Below are positions 31,740 to 45,467 of a stretch of 64,000 nt of DNA, in pieces. The stretch's first letter is position 1, and every line of letters begins with the position of its first letter. The notes under the pieces are model-generated. The model saw only the letters and a list, made by a program, of their open reading frames with translations. It made no database searches and was not told where the DNA came from. Source of the stretch: Laetmonice hystrix (lineage: Eukaryota); contig OZ249437.1 of NCBI GenBank assembly GCA_965235115.1, forward strand, positions 5,456,001-5,520,000, read 5' to 3'. Position numbers and translations under genes: made by a program.

Positions 31740-32989
31740 ACCGGGAACCAACATACTGCGCAAATCGGACGCCATTTGCTGTTGTCGTCCCACACTGCCG
31801 CCAGATGGCTGCTCTTAAACCGGATCACCGCTTACCGATAGAGGGCGCCCGCTACCCGGACTTCTTCCTTGCCACCTTCAGACAGTCTCATGTTCGAGTC
31901 CTTTCGGTAATCTTCGGAAATCTTCGGGTCGTTCGGAGAAAGGACTCTCACGGATTACATAATCACTCCCTGCCCAAATAGGAACATGCTCGTTATATTA
32001 TCAGTGATATAAAGTAGGCCTAGCAGGGGCGGATCCAGGATTTTCGCTTGGGGGGGGGGGGGGGGGGGGGCACCGGGACGAAGTCGGAAAGGGGTGGCTG
32101 GTCCTGAACTGCTGATGTTAGGCCTATACAAATTTCAATCTTCATAAATCGCCAGGTTTACTGTTATAGACCTTACTTTACTGCTCGAAAGGGGTGGTGG
32201 GTTCATTTGGGCCTATAAGTTATACTATACTTGTCCAAAATTGTCCCCTGTCCCCGGATCCGCCTCTGCTTATATAGGCCTACACCTACAATTCTTACTC
32301 TTGCATCATGACTGAGTCCACCACCGGATAGGGCCTACACCTTCGAGCCCACTCACAAAGGGTGGTCGTGCAAATCTCTCTGCCAGTTCTCTCAAATTTC
32401 CTTGATCAGTCTATAGCAGTGGAGGATCCAGGATTTTGATATGGGGGTAAAAGTTAACGGGTACAGGGTAGGCCTATACCCGTACATGTATAGGAACATT
32501 TTTTGCCACGGCCCTGGTGGCCATCATGACTGATCATTGGTATGACATAGACCTAAGGATCTAAAGTTTCTACCGCCTTGCATTCCCGCCATTTTCCACA
32601 TGTAGGCCTAGGGCCTATATGGCAGCTCTGTAAAGCATCAGAATCCAGCGTATTTATAATCATGTATATATAAAGTTTGTTGTAGATCTATGTCCTAATT
32701 ATATTGAATATTGTGTAGAATGATCCTAATTGTTCAGTGAGAAAAGTTCTTTGGTGAAGATGGTATAAAAGATAACACAAATGTCGCGGCACAAGGCCGA
32801 TGTCCACCACGCGGGTCAATTTTCCTCAATAGCGCTCCCCAGTGATCCACAACTGGGCCATTAAAGGCTTTGCTGTGTCCAGCCGTTTTTGAAGGATTTG
32901 CCGCGGAAGTGTTGTCAAATGAAAAGTTTTCTTGCAGTTGCTGGAAATCAGTTTCATATTTTTTTTAAATTTGATCCACTCACTGCATG

Positions 32990-33083
32990 TGCCCCGGGGA
33001 ATGATCCACCTTGCCCCGGGAATGATCCACTGTGCCCCGGGGAATGATCCACTCTGCCCCGGGGAATGATCCACTCTGCCCCA
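32990..33083. repeat. ~22-bp tandem repeat x4-5 inside a dispersed repeat
   Basis: TGCCCCGGGGAATGATCCACT(C/G) units; the flanks resemble 53860-54250 and 54820-54870. Confidence 0.8.
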
Positions 33084-35379
33084 GGCTTGGGGCGCAGGGG
33101 ATAATTTTTTTTTCAAAGGTCCCTCATCTTGTCGCTGATGTATAGTGCACTACTATTCTATATTATGATAACGTACAACATCCACCTGTACCACCTCCAG
33201 TAAAGACAATTCCTGATCCACTGTGGCCCGGCTTGTCAAACAGTAGTATAAAGAAGATTTCTGGTTAATATTAATATATTCTTTACTGTCCAAAACCTAG
33301 ATAATTTTTGTTTCCTTTGCGACAAATTTGGTCAAGATTGTTTCATTATTAACAACGCCAGCGTATTTTGAACCGATTGAGGCACCAAAAACTAAGCTTT
33401 TTAAGCAGATTACAAGCATACAAACATACAAGCACCGATCGTGGTATAAATATAGATATAAATATAAAAACAATGTCCACCCAGAATTATTTTCATTTTT
33501 GCAACTCTCGGTTAGTAGGTATGCTGTTTACACACAATTAAATTTTAAAGCCTAACTACACCATGCTAATAATTGGTGTGGACTGGCATCCATTGTCGGG
33601 TATAGGGACAAAATAACGTGTAAAATTATATGACATCGATACAGAAATGTATACACATAGTTTTTTTTGTCGTATTTTAGTTAACGCTTTATTCGCCTTT
33701 TACAGGTCGATGCAAAAGGCAACATTTCTTTGCCAGTAGCTAAATGTTGTTAACATAAACAAATTGTCAAAACAAGTTTAGCAAAGCGCATACATACATG
33801 TTGGTGCGTAAAGTATGTGATGAAACTAATAGAAGAGATCTTCGAAGAAGCATCTGCAAGTGATCGTGGTCCACGGCAAGTAATTGCATGCCTAAACCAA
33901 TTAATGGTTAGATATGTTCAAAAGAATATCAAGAAGTCCGAAAACTCCTTCTGTTTGTTAATAGTTTTGCTGTATGCATACAGCTTATTCACCACAGGAA
34001 GTACTGAATGTATTATCGTATGTATCCTCAGACAAAACAAGGGCACATTTTTCTTTCATTACACTTGAATACATGCCGACTCCGTGCCATGAGTTGTACA
34101 TCTTTTCCTATAGGTGTTGTACAGAGATCTGTAGCATTGCACCAATGACGCAGTATGGCACTAGAGCATGAAATGATCAGAAGTGAAGAAGCTGATGTCA
34201 TGACGTCCACGGCAATATGTACTGGGAGAATCGTCACCCGATGGGGTTGTACGCTCACCCATATCTTGTGTTGTCTCCTTCCTATCTTGTGTTGTCTCCT
34301 TCCTATATCCTGTGTTGTCTCCTTCACGGAGTCCACGAACAGTCGGGAGACGGAGTGAACGCAGCAGAACACGCCGCTTGCGTAATTTATGTGATCGTCC
34401 TGTTTGCGAAACGATTTATAAACCTTTCTTCTTCATACTTGGTAAATATTAGTTTAATAGAAGACGATGATTTATACACAATGCCACTAAGGCTAATTCT
34501 CGTTCAACCCTCACTCGACAGCTTCCATTTATAGACTGACGTGATTTATTTGCGATGCCATGCCTTGCAAGCGTCCTTTTACTCTCGAACTGTCCGCCTG
34601 ATGAGTTTTTCTATCAAAAGGCCATTAATTTGTACGGGATTTGTGAGTTTTGCCACCGACCTATTCACAGTCCTTGTTCTGACCCTGTCTAACCCTCCAG
34701 TACCACATGTTTTACTTCTCACATGCTGCGTGTGATACGAATGCTTTATAAATCGGAGTGGTGCACCTTTGAAATGCAATATATCGGGTTCTACTGGAGA
34801 GCGCAAACATAAGTTACAACTTAGATGTGCAGTTACTTTTATACATAATGGTAAATATGACTTCAAATATATCCATTAACTGGAATATATGCTATCACTC
34901 TGATGGTTCTATGAGTGTGACAAACGTTTAAAAGCAGTATAGTACAGTTTCCCATTCATCCATGCGAATCTTTCCTTACCGCACAAAAAGGGCACACCAT
35001 TTATGATATTGTTAAAAATTATATCTAATAATTATTGTAATCTTAAATTAAATACTATCACAGAGAACTCGTTAAACGGAGGTAAAATACGCCGATGTGT
35101 CCTAGCCTATGGTGATCTAAACCTTCCTGTGGAATCATTTCTTTTCTGGAATTCCAACTTGCACCCACTGGTTGTGGACCCCAGCTTCTATAGATAGTGA
35201 AGATATCTATGAATTGCTAGTGTACAGTGGTCATAAGTTTGTACTGATTTGTGTGACAGTTGTCAGTGCAGACACAGACAGACTGAGCATGCCGCACGTA
35301 TAACCACCGCAGCAGAATTCCCTACTTACGAGGAGTACAGTATTAATAGACTGAAGATAAGTCAGCATGAGACCTTTGT

Positions 35380-35575
35380 GCCATCTCAAATATAGACGCA
35401 GAGTTCTCTGGGTTTGAACCCCCTTCGAGTCAGATGTGAGGTTTGCCAGTTACCTGCTGTAAGGTCGGTGATCCCCGGGATATTCCGGATTTTTCTACCA
35501 GTAAAACTGACCTCCTTCATATACCCCTGGCATAAAACCCAAATTAAAAATGTCAAATAAATAACTTTGTCTCAA
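35380..35575 (+). mobile_element. tRNA-derived SINE remnant
   Basis: B-box-like GGTTTGAACCC at 35410, a core-like GCCAGTTACCTGC..AAGGTCGGTG..TCCGG..AAAACTGACC block and an A-rich tail. Family similarity is from memory, not from a search. Confidence 0.5.
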
Positions 35576-35727
35576 ACAACAGTGTAACTTTAAATCAACT
35601 ATAATTTATGGTTGTCCATCTAGCCAACCCCATCCTTACTCATACGAAGATCGAATTTTATGTCTATATATTTTGTAACTCTTATAGTTGCCCAATATTG
35701 CACACATCCTGCTTAGTACTATATTAT

Positions 35728-36774
35728 TCAGTCGTCACTGCAATCTTCCTCGGCGCTGCTGTCTCCGTAATAGGAGGAGCATGGCGAACAGATCGGAGTA
35801 CTTATTTCGGACACGGGCGTTTTTGCATCTCTTTTGTTGGAATCCTTTTTATAATCGCTAACCGATGCCTTCAGAGGTTCCACCTCTTCACCATTCTGCC
35901 GCTTCTGAAAGGCTATTACCGTGTCTAGTAACATTATATATTTTATCGTCAATCGCAAAATTTCATTCTTGCTGAGCTTTTTGTCAGGTGGGTGAGTCGG
36001 CACCAATTTACGAAGCTCGGCAAAGGCGCCATTGACGTTCTGTTGTCTCCACCTCTCCCGACTGTTCGTGAACATTCGGCGGGCGATCTTGCGCACAGGA
36101 GGCCCGTGCTCCTCTATTTCACCTAGAAAACTACTGCCAGATCTGCCTGCCTGCTGCTGCTGTGGTGTCGGCTGCTCTGGCTGCTGTCGCCGACGTTCCA
36201 TGTCCTGGAAAACGTGGGGTATCAGAGGCGAGGTCGGAGTCATTAGAAATGGTGTTGGCCGCCGAGGTAAGAAGGAGAAACTTGGGTGTACCCACGGAGT
36301 GATGGCCGGCACACCAGCCGGACCTCCCGGGCCAGACTGAAGCGGAATCAACGTCCTCAGTGGGCCAAAGTTTTCACTTATGATCATGGGTTCATTGTTG
36401 TTGTTGCTGCCGTTGTTGTTAATGCAGTTATTGTTGTTGTTGTTGTTATTGTTGTTGCGATGGTGATTTAAGTCTCCTTTCTTATCCTGGGCGTTGCTGC
36501 CGTGGTTTTCAGAATATTCTCTATAGTCAGGACCGTTACATCTCCGACCGCTCCGACGATCAGAAGCCTTTTCAACCTCTCGTTTGATTGGTGTTTTTCT
36601 TCCTGATCTGCTGGTATTTATATCTTCAGTTTCCGATTCGATAATATCGGAATCCTCATGAAACTCCATCTCTCGTTTGTAGATGGCTGGTCTCGTACGC
36701 CGCCGTGGCATACCGCCTCGCCGACAAGAATCCGGGCCGCTGCCTTTCTTTCCTACTTTGCGGAAGTTTGGATG
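35728..36774 (-). CDS. TAL1: Scl/TAL1/LYL1-family bHLH transcription factor, main coding exon
   Basis: b[52 protein letters not shown] is near-identical to TAL1; upstream PRRPTPF resembles TAL1 KRRPSPY. The exon begins after the acceptor CTAATTGCAG at 36774; the first internal ATG is at 36711. Confidence 0.96.
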   Translation of the reverse strand, partial: HPNFRKVGKKGSGPDSCRRGGMPRRRTRPAIYKREMEFHEDSDIIESETEDINTSRSGRKTPIKREVEKASDRRSGRRCNGPDYREYSENHGSNAQDKKGDLNHHRNNNNNNNNNNCINNNGSNNNNEPMIISENFGPLRTLIPLQSGPGGPAGVPAITPWVHPSFSFLPRRPTPFLMTPTSPLIPHVFQDMERRRQQPEQPTPQQQQAGRSGSSFLGEIEEHGPPVRKIARRMFTNSRERWRQQNVNGAFAELRKLVPTHPPDKKLSKNEILRLTIKYIMLLDTVIAFQKRQNGEEVEPLKASVSDYKKDSNKRDAKTPVSEISTPICSPCSSYYGDSSAEEDCSDD

Positions 36775-37766
36775 CTGCAATTAGTAACCTGTTTCTAGAG
36801 ACCACTCACTGTAGCTACGATGTCCTTGTGAAGCTGCTGGTAAAGTCTGTGTCAAGGAAGAGAGACAGTGAAATACATTTAATAAAGACGAGTGCATGTA
36901 CCCTATCTTTGAGAAATGAATCAGTTCGTTAACAAATAACAAATAAAATAAATTAACGAGGAATACATATGCAAAATTGCATTTACGGCTAGTGGCCTAA
37001 AGTGCGTTTACTATATATCGTACGTGGGGATGGGATAGGGGGCGGGTTCTGCGTTATTTCACCTTCAGGATGCCAACAATAGCTGTAAAAGAACACTAGA
37101 TTTAGCCAGAGAAAATGTCCAGGCCAACCCATGCAGGCAACCTCAGAATCTATGGTTCCCCAGAACCTGATGGCGAATCTTCTTACGTGAGAAACGGTCT
37201 TTATTTCATCAAAATCAATGAAGTGAATCAAAAGTTATGTCGTTTTTGGTGCAGCAAAGTCACACCCTATAGTTCATGAACATTCACTCTCTCATACGCA
37301 ATGATGATGCGTGAGGGATTTTGCCGTAATCGATGCCTAAATCTTCGGATCCTTTTGGTGATATTAGGCTTTCATAATGCATAAGTATCCCTCTGAAATC
37401 TGATCAAAAGACTGCCTCCAATTAAAAATCCGCCCCTGTCTCAGACCGACAAACCAGAACCACAATATGGCAAACCGGACTAAACGCGTAATATGACTTA
37501 ATTCATAGGCCTACTTATTCGTAAGTATGGATTCTCTTAACGTTCCTTGTGTTAAACAACTTCAAAGGCCTTAGGGTAATTATGAACATACATTTGTATA
37601 GATACAAATTTCATTATCTGTAGTGATTCTGCAGGGAAGACCTGGATTAGGCAAAGGCCTATCTCAGCACGTGACAACATTATAGTGTATGTACACCCAC
37701 TTGAAATCTCACAAGTCGTAATATTCGCACAGGAATACTATAGTCAGGATCGAAATAGTTACCTAC

Positions 37767-38168
37767 CTTATAAGGCGCATATCGCGGGTCCAATACCTGC
37801 TGGGTATTGGGGGAAGGATTATGCCTACGTCTGTTATTTCTGTCCACGTCCGGACTGAATGCAGCCAGCCTCACTACTGCCACTAGATCCCACCCGTTCA
37901 TTAGGGCGACGGCTGTCGGCAGGTTCGTGAGTTTGTCACCTGTGCAATGACTGCCCGAGGGAGCGCGTGATTGCCATGTGCTGTGCCTCCCACCGCCGCG
38001 GTGTAACTCCGCCCTCGGCTGGTCTGGGGACAGCGGAAACACCCGAGCACCCGCCACCGCCAAACACTCGGCAGTACTCGTCCCGGTGTGCTCACCAGGG
38101 GGTCGTGGGAAGGACGCAGCCAAACGACGCGTCACCACCAAGGTCGGGAGGAGGATCCCGGGGTTCAT
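37767..38168 (-). CDS. Candidate upstream coding exon of Scl (start at ATG 37901 or 38168)
   Basis: Open frame ending ..DPRYAPYK|GTAGGT gives a phase-0 donor at 37767 that joins in frame to the phase-0 acceptor at 36774. Confidence 0.55.
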
Positions 38169-41100
38169 ACCGGAGCTACCGTTTACCGTTTACCATTAAT
38201 AGTGAAGGAAATGATAATTCGTTACACAAACCATTTAGTGCTGATCCTCTCTCGAAACTATCAACAATCATTAAATATCGGATCCAATAAATTCTTTGAA
38301 CGGACACAGGCGCGAGTGACCTAGGCCAACAGCAGACACAATTCGTTTGCGGTGATGAGATTTAAAGGACTTGAGCTAATTACCCAGAAGCAACTCTTGC
38401 CCTTACAGTACTTCTATCTTCAGTAAGACGTAGGCGTATATTTACTATGCACTGGGGGAATGATCCCGTATACGTCGAAATCATAAATCGTATCCGACCA
38501 CATGGAATGAAATCATTTAACCCCTACGTCCAAGACAAGTCAGTCAGATGCCCATGGTTACAATAGTTTTTTTGTCGCTTTCAGGAGTTTCGATTTATTT
38601 ATGATATTTTTTCGAACCGACGACAACACCACATCTTAAATAGGCCTATACTTGCATATAGGATGTATTGTCGCGAGTTGTTTCAAACACTCATACAAAC
38701 TTTCCCTTCATGTACATTTTTAGACCCCATTGGTTGGTCAATGAGCGACTGACAGTACACACATTGATTATAATTACATTGTTTTAGAATAAGTCGTAGA
38801 ATAATTCAATTAGCGTAGATTAGCGTAGCGTAGATATTAAGACCGTTTATACAATAAGGGGTCATTTTGAATGAAATTAACCCTTATGTGCCCCTAAAAA
38901 ATATCATGTTTTGGAAGCTACCCTTAACGTAAAGAATTTTTACACCAAGGGTTAACACCCCCCCCCCCCCCTCCAATGTAAACATTTTTACGTCAAGGTA
39001 GGATTGGGAAAGAGCATTCTTTGTGGCATTGGCTTCTGTGTTGACTAGACATTTTAGTGTTTGGACAGAAAAAAAAGGCTGCGAAATTAATCGAGATTGA
39101 AGACTTGATTACAGTTGCGGACACCCACTGGGTTGGAATGATAAGTGATGATGAATATGAATCAGTTGAGTGGCGTTGGGCGCACGTGTTCTCCCTGCGG
39201 TCCATGGCCACAATGGGCATGACGTTCAGGTGCAGCGTTTGACAGGTCTGATCCCTAAACCTAACTCTGGTATTCAGGGGGGTGAATATCGACGGCGCAC
39301 GCATAAAAACAAGTATATCATCTCATTCCATGTATAAATAGTCTGAAGAATTTAATTTCTAAGCAGGCCTTTCACAAATTTAGAACAGACGTGAGGATAT
39401 ATAGCTTACACAATGCGTCCACACCGAGTCTGTGTTCAACTCTTTGTGTAGATGGCTTGGTCTGAGCGTCTATGTTTGTAGGAAGCGAGGCTGTGGGAGT
39501 TGTGATCGAAAATTAGTTGTAATATATTGCAAGTCCTTCTATTATTATATCTTAATTGTAATTACCAGAATTACCGAATGTTTTTTCGTTTACTATGTGT
39601 ACTACGTACACATGCACGAGGAACAATAATTACTAAAGGTCCCAGCAAGACCAACAGATAATAAACGTTGTAATATATTATAAAGTATAATTTTACTTGA
39701 AAATTGAAACGCTATTGTCTTTCGTGGAAGCCCAAGTAGCCTACATGTGCCATGAACTGTAATGGGTCAGAGGAAATGCTTTTAGAACACTTATCTTCAC
39801 AGATTCAGCCTTCCGGCCATTATACCTCTGCCGCCAAAACTAAGCAAGATACAGGGTGGCTCGAGTTACGGCACACTGCAAGTGGAGCGAAGGGATTGTG
39901 TATCACGTGACAGTCTGAGTTATGGCTAATCCTTATAGGCGATCCAAACGTTATGTTCTGTCCTGTATAATCAAATGTTGGTGGGATTGTACACAGGGTG
40001 CTGCCGTATTATATTTTCATTTGTTGGAGAGTTACAAAAATGGATGCAATTATTTTTACTTGAAATGTATACCCTTGGGAAAAAAATATTTTGCACTTTT
40101 CGAGTAAAATCAGAGTCGTCAGCCTCTTTTTCTTCATATTAAAATAGACGTTTAAATGGAACGATTATTCGTTGGCATAACTTGACTGAACTGATTTACT
40201 GACGCTGTGTGTTTTTATGCATACCGACCATGGAAATTCTTTAGTGAATCGAGAATATTCCAAGCAGCTGGAGAGGATCAACTCGACGGACGAAAAGAGA
40301 AGTTGGCAAACAGGAAAAACATGAATCGGAAGCATATTTGAACCATAACGGTTGAATTGCATCCAGAGAGTAGGGACCAATTGCACAATAATGTCTTAAC
40401 CAAACCTGTCAAAGGGAGTATTTTGATGGTAGGTCCACTTGATTAGTCAAGCAGATGTAAAATGGCACCTGCAAGGGTCCTCGCCCAAGTACAGTTTGTG
40501 TCTGCCGTTTCCAATCTGACTTTTAATTGAATTTTAATAGAGGGCATAATGGTTAGCGATAAACTGTTGATTAGGCTAATTTCCTTAAATTGGCGTTTAT
40601 AGTAAACTTGCCAATCAGTTCATCTCTTTAGTTTTATTATTTTAGTTTTAACTAAAGACAAAAAATATCAAATAAATAATCTTTGTAGACATATATATAG
40701 ATGCGTTATAGTCGAATGTTCTGCATAACGCTTCTCAAATATCATGCATAGTTCCCCTAACTTCCTGTGGAGTTTTATTATTATTGTTAAATAAAAAAAA
40801 TAGGAGTGCCATATCGTACGCCAATGGTGAGCAGGTAGGCCTGAGTATAAATCTGATGAGGGACCATACTTTTAAATTCTTCTTGCATGCAGCTGGGTGG
40901 CGGTTGTGACAACCTTTCTTCAATTGGGTTTCAGTATTTCATTCTTTCCCTTGAGGTTCAACTAGAGTTAGCTGGAAGGCATACCTCTGTGCTTCTACTC
41001 AACTCTTGTCTCGTCCTAATGAGAACCGGACTGATTCAAAGCTAACGTGTCTGGAATAAAATAAGACCAACCACATGGGCAAACTTTGTGTCTGTAACAA

Positions 41101-41579
41101 TGGTTTGGTTCGGCAACCTTTGTGACGCGAGAGGAGCCGGGCAGCCAATGGTCCCATACATCACGTCCCGACCGGCGGCCGACCAAGACCTCTCTAAACC
41201 TAACCACCCCCTTCACTGTTTACATATGTCCACTCCAATGTATTTACCCTTCCAGATGTCATCCATGCTGACGGTCAAGCCAGATTAAGTCGTTAGCATG
41301 AAATGAATAGGCCGGCTATGCTGACCGGTATCATGGCGTCTGTCTTCGTGAAACTGTGACACGATACACTAAGTCTTGGCCCATAATGTGGAGATGAGAT
41401 AAATAATTTTGCCACTGACAGAGGATCTCTTGGGGAGGTCAATCCGAGGCGGCCTTTGATTTAAAGTAGATCAGGCAATGACGTCATCTGAAATGATAGG
41501 ATAACAAGTTAAGAGACCGCTTGTTTGGCTATCATTAGTTTGTCTTAGGCATCTTCACCTCTAGCTCAGAACACAATTA

Positions 41580-42436
41580 TATCGGGTGGATAAAAAAAAA
41601 CGCCCCGAACTTTAAACTTCAATATTTCAAAAAGTGTTGATTGTAATTCAATGAAATTTTTCTTACTATCACTTCATGCTGTTGTCTCTTAGTTGTTAAT
41701 GTTACAACTCAATAGCTTCAATAATATTTCCGTAGCGCTAAAAACAAAAATCAATGTACAAAAGCGCAATGCCGGGCTAAAGCGATTGGTAGTCGCACCA
41801 GAGTCCCTGGCCTCACACTAGAGTAGGTGGTCAATCGGTCCCCCGTTTTCACTTCATACTGCTCTCAGTCTCTTTTTACATGCGCAATGCACTTCCTGAT
41901 CTCTGATAGGGAATTATCTTCCCATTATTTGGAAATAAGCAGCGTTCTGAACGTGTTACTAAAGGTGATAATGATACGATTTCCCTTAAACTTCTGGTTA
42001 CAGTCATATCGTCCTAATGTTGCAGTTTCTCTGTAGGGTTTGGCAAATTAAACATCTGGGTTTCTCTAGAAGTACTAGGAATAGCATATAATTTATTATA
42101 TCTAGTGGTTCACAACATTATACATATTGTAAAATATGCAAAAACTAAATATTGAAAACTTTTTTACCCAAGGTACAATGCGGTGCATCAAACAGGTGTC
42201 AAATTGGACACCTGGCAGCTGCATGATATTTGACCTAATTCCGGCATTGTGTTTTTAGACATTGATTTTTGTTTTTAGCGCCACGGGATTAATATCAAAG
42301 CTATTGAGCTGAAACGTTAACATATAAGAGATAATATCATGAAGTTATATTAAGAGAAATTTTATTAAATAATAATGCAAAGTTATTGAAATATTAAAGT
42401 TTAAAGTTCGGGGCGTTTTTTTTTATCCACCCGATA
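41580..42436. mobile_element. Tc1/mariner-like MITE
   Basis: ~200-bp imperfect inverted arms starting TATCGGGTGGATAAAAAAAA..CGCCCCGAACTTTAAACTT, with TA TSD (41578-41579, 42437-42438). Confidence 0.88.
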
Positions 42437-44052
42437 TATACACTTTACGCTATACACTATAATTATATAATAAATATACACTGTAATCGATTTGTAGACA
42501 AATTAAAAATGGGAGGGAGGCTCTTCATACTTGAATGAAGACAACGAAGCAAACTTATCGTCATCAATATCCCATAAAAATACAAAATTACACCCTTGTC
42601 AATCATCACACTCACTAATGCTGCAAATTCGACAACATTATTCTCTTAATCTTCCGACTGACTGTTACAACTTTTAACCGTGCACGTTAAAGACACCAAC
42701 AAATTACGCATTGGGATCCATGGACTCTTACTGGTGTCAAAAGCTGTCAAGCACGCACGAATTCTGACCAAGAGATGCACATTGTGTAAAGTAACATTCC
42801 GTTTCTGACACATAAAAATGACTAGAATTAGACAATTATCAACTGCCCTGCACATGGAGGGGACATGGACGTAACCTAGACTTGGTATCCAAGGGTGACC
42901 TGCCAACCCTCCTCAAAGATTTCTAATGAGGCCAGCTGTAAGCAGGGTCTCTTTTCGCACAACCATGGAAGCCCGTCTCCATAAATCTTACACAAATCAC
43001 ACAGGTCCGTCTGTTTTGTGCCTTGTCACGTGTAAGTCAATTTGCACTTATCGATATCCAATTAGCGCGTATTAATTTGTCCCTGGCCCGACCCCATGGA
43101 CGAAATACGCGACCGCATTCTCGATACATCTATCCAAGTAGAAATATTAACGACTTTTCGAGCCCTCCCCCACGCTCGGCTGAGAGCCATAATCCTTAAC
43201 TGCAGCTCTTTCAGGAGATGCCCTCAACACAAAGTCCCCTGTCTTCTGGCTCCCATTAAAACACTCATTAGGATGATGCTTTTCCCAGAAATGCGCAGGT
43301 TCGACAATTTATGAGAGTCGTCCCGAACTGCAGCGAACTTTATTGTTCGCGGCCGTGCGCTGCTTACAATGGGTGTGCATGTAATCATTTGCTTGTTTAA
43401 TGGTCGGAAATTGGTCATCTCGACCGAAAAGACTCGATTCATAATCATATGTTAATAGGCCATAATAGTGAGAGCCGCGGACTTCAACACCCCCAGCCGT
43501 TGCTGTGATGTGTTTCTGGCGAAGCGTGAAATGCGCGATGTGCCGTTTGTCTGAGGGACTCTGTCAGGGCTGGGCGGAGTCGAAGCGGCGCTTTGAGAAT
43601 AGAGCAGTTGAAGTCCCTGCACAGAGCAGATAGAGTCCTTCTACCTACCGTAAAAAAAATACCCCATTAGCCGGTACCATTGACATAATGCACCCAGTTA
43701 ACTGTTACATAGCACTCTCCCATCGACATCACCAGTCACTAGATCATCCAACGAATTCAACGAACAGGTTTGTTACATTTTGTGGATTGTGTTGGACAAA
43801 GAAGGGGCGCCAATGGGCAATCAGACAATTGATCTCAGTAACTCGCAGTACAGTTGTATATATATGTGGCCCGTATATAGCAAGGCGACTGTATACGGAT
43901 AGAATGGCCGGTGTGTTTCCTGTGCGGGGCAAGGGGGCAACTACCCCCTGTTATTTCCAGTTTAAAAAATTATTTATTGGGCCTGGATCCTCAACATTGA
44001 CACTGGAATTGACAACTGGTATGCCTATTTGCCCAAGGTTCCACAAGGTTCT

Positions 44053-44276
44053 CAGGGGCGGATCCAGGAATTTTGGAAGGGCGGTCCCCCCCAAGCGAGC
44101 GCCAAAGGCTCGAAGCCTTGAGGGGGTGAGGCCCACCCCCAGAAAAAATGAAAATTAAAGTGCCAAATACGCCATTTTCTGGCATCTGGTAACTAAATCC
44201 AAGATCTTGTGCGTGCACGTGTAACAAGCAAAACGTCAGTGCAGAAATAAAGGGGGGGGGCTTAAATCCGCCTCTG
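44053..44276. mobile_element. CAGGGGCGGATCCAG-family MITE (relatives at 32024-32268 and 59111-59365)
   Basis: Left end CAGGGGCGGATCCAGG, right end ATCCGCCTCTG; the same terminal motif recurs several times in the window. Confidence 0.6.
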
Positions 44277-45319
44277 TATACTGACGCACATGGCAAAGAG
44301 GAAGCAAAGAGCAGCTTAAGTTGTCTTTTATTGTGATGGTAAACCCCCACTCCTGTAGGTAGGCATACTTCCTCAACTTGGGAATGTTCTATGTGTAAAT
44401 TCGCAGCTCCTTTGCTCATTGTTGCTGAACCGTCTATGCTGGTGCCAACGACGTCTGCATAGTTCTCACTTTCACGGTTTCCGCCTTGGATTGCTACAGT
44501 TCTGAACCGTGGTCAACCCGGCGTGATTTGGCCGGGTTGACCACGGTCAACAGAATTTCCTATATAATGTAATATTACTTTCCATAATCATCTTTTTGGC
44601 GATGTTTAAAAGGCTGGTCTGATGGTAAATTTAGTCCTATACTAAATCCACTTCGGGTATCTGTACACCAACCGACGAACATCGGCAGGACAGACATTAT
44701 TCTGCGTGTTTTCGCCATTTTACTAGCCGTATTTCCTCTTTTATTTCGCGCGGGGAATGACTGGCTAATCCCAACTGAAAGCGAAATGCATCAACTCACC
44801 TAATTACAGAAACCCACCCATCTGCAAAAATCCCATTTAGTATGTTTACCCGGCCCCTCAATCTTTATTCACTGCCTCAGTCATAATGTTGGCAGTTGGT
44901 CGCACGCCTGCTGATTTATCCCCGGCCAGGCGGGCGTGTGCGGCGCCGATAACGGCCGAGCCCCTCGTCGGTCGTGGCTCGGCAAGGTGGGCTCGACTGA
45001 TAGCGAAAGGGATCCACTGGGGAAGAGGATCAATCCACATACAGCTCTGGTGGTGATTGATTGGCACAGTCTCGTCGACTACAGTAGGATCATACGGTGA
45101 CGATCGGACAAAAGACGCCGGGACTCTGCACTCTCCATCTTCCAGGAACGGCGACGCTGGAGAGCAGAAATTGAGTTGGTTGTATGTACAGTACTTGTTA
45201 TAATATGGACCTCGTGTGGGGATGATCTGTGGGGAGCCAGTCAATGAACGTTCGAGGTCGGTTATCTCGATACGTATACGGAGTAATTATTATTATATGT
45301 ATTATTATAATTCTTATAA

Positions 45320-45467
45320 NNNNNNNNNNNNNNNNNNNNNNNNNNNNNNNNNNNNNNNNNNNNNNNNNNNNNNNNNNNNNNNNNNNNNNNNNNNNNNNNN
45401 NNNNNNNNNNNNNNNNNNNNNNNNNNNNNNNNNNNNNNNNNNNNNNNNNNNNNNNNNNNNNNNNNNN
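45320..45467. other. Assembly gap (148 N)
   Basis: Run of N. Confidence 1.

Noticed and set aside
33817-34534. Cluster of short ORFs between TESK and Scl, including a 21-bp x3 repeat at 34263-34325
   Set aside because: No consistent exon chain or recognisable domain could be built on either strand.
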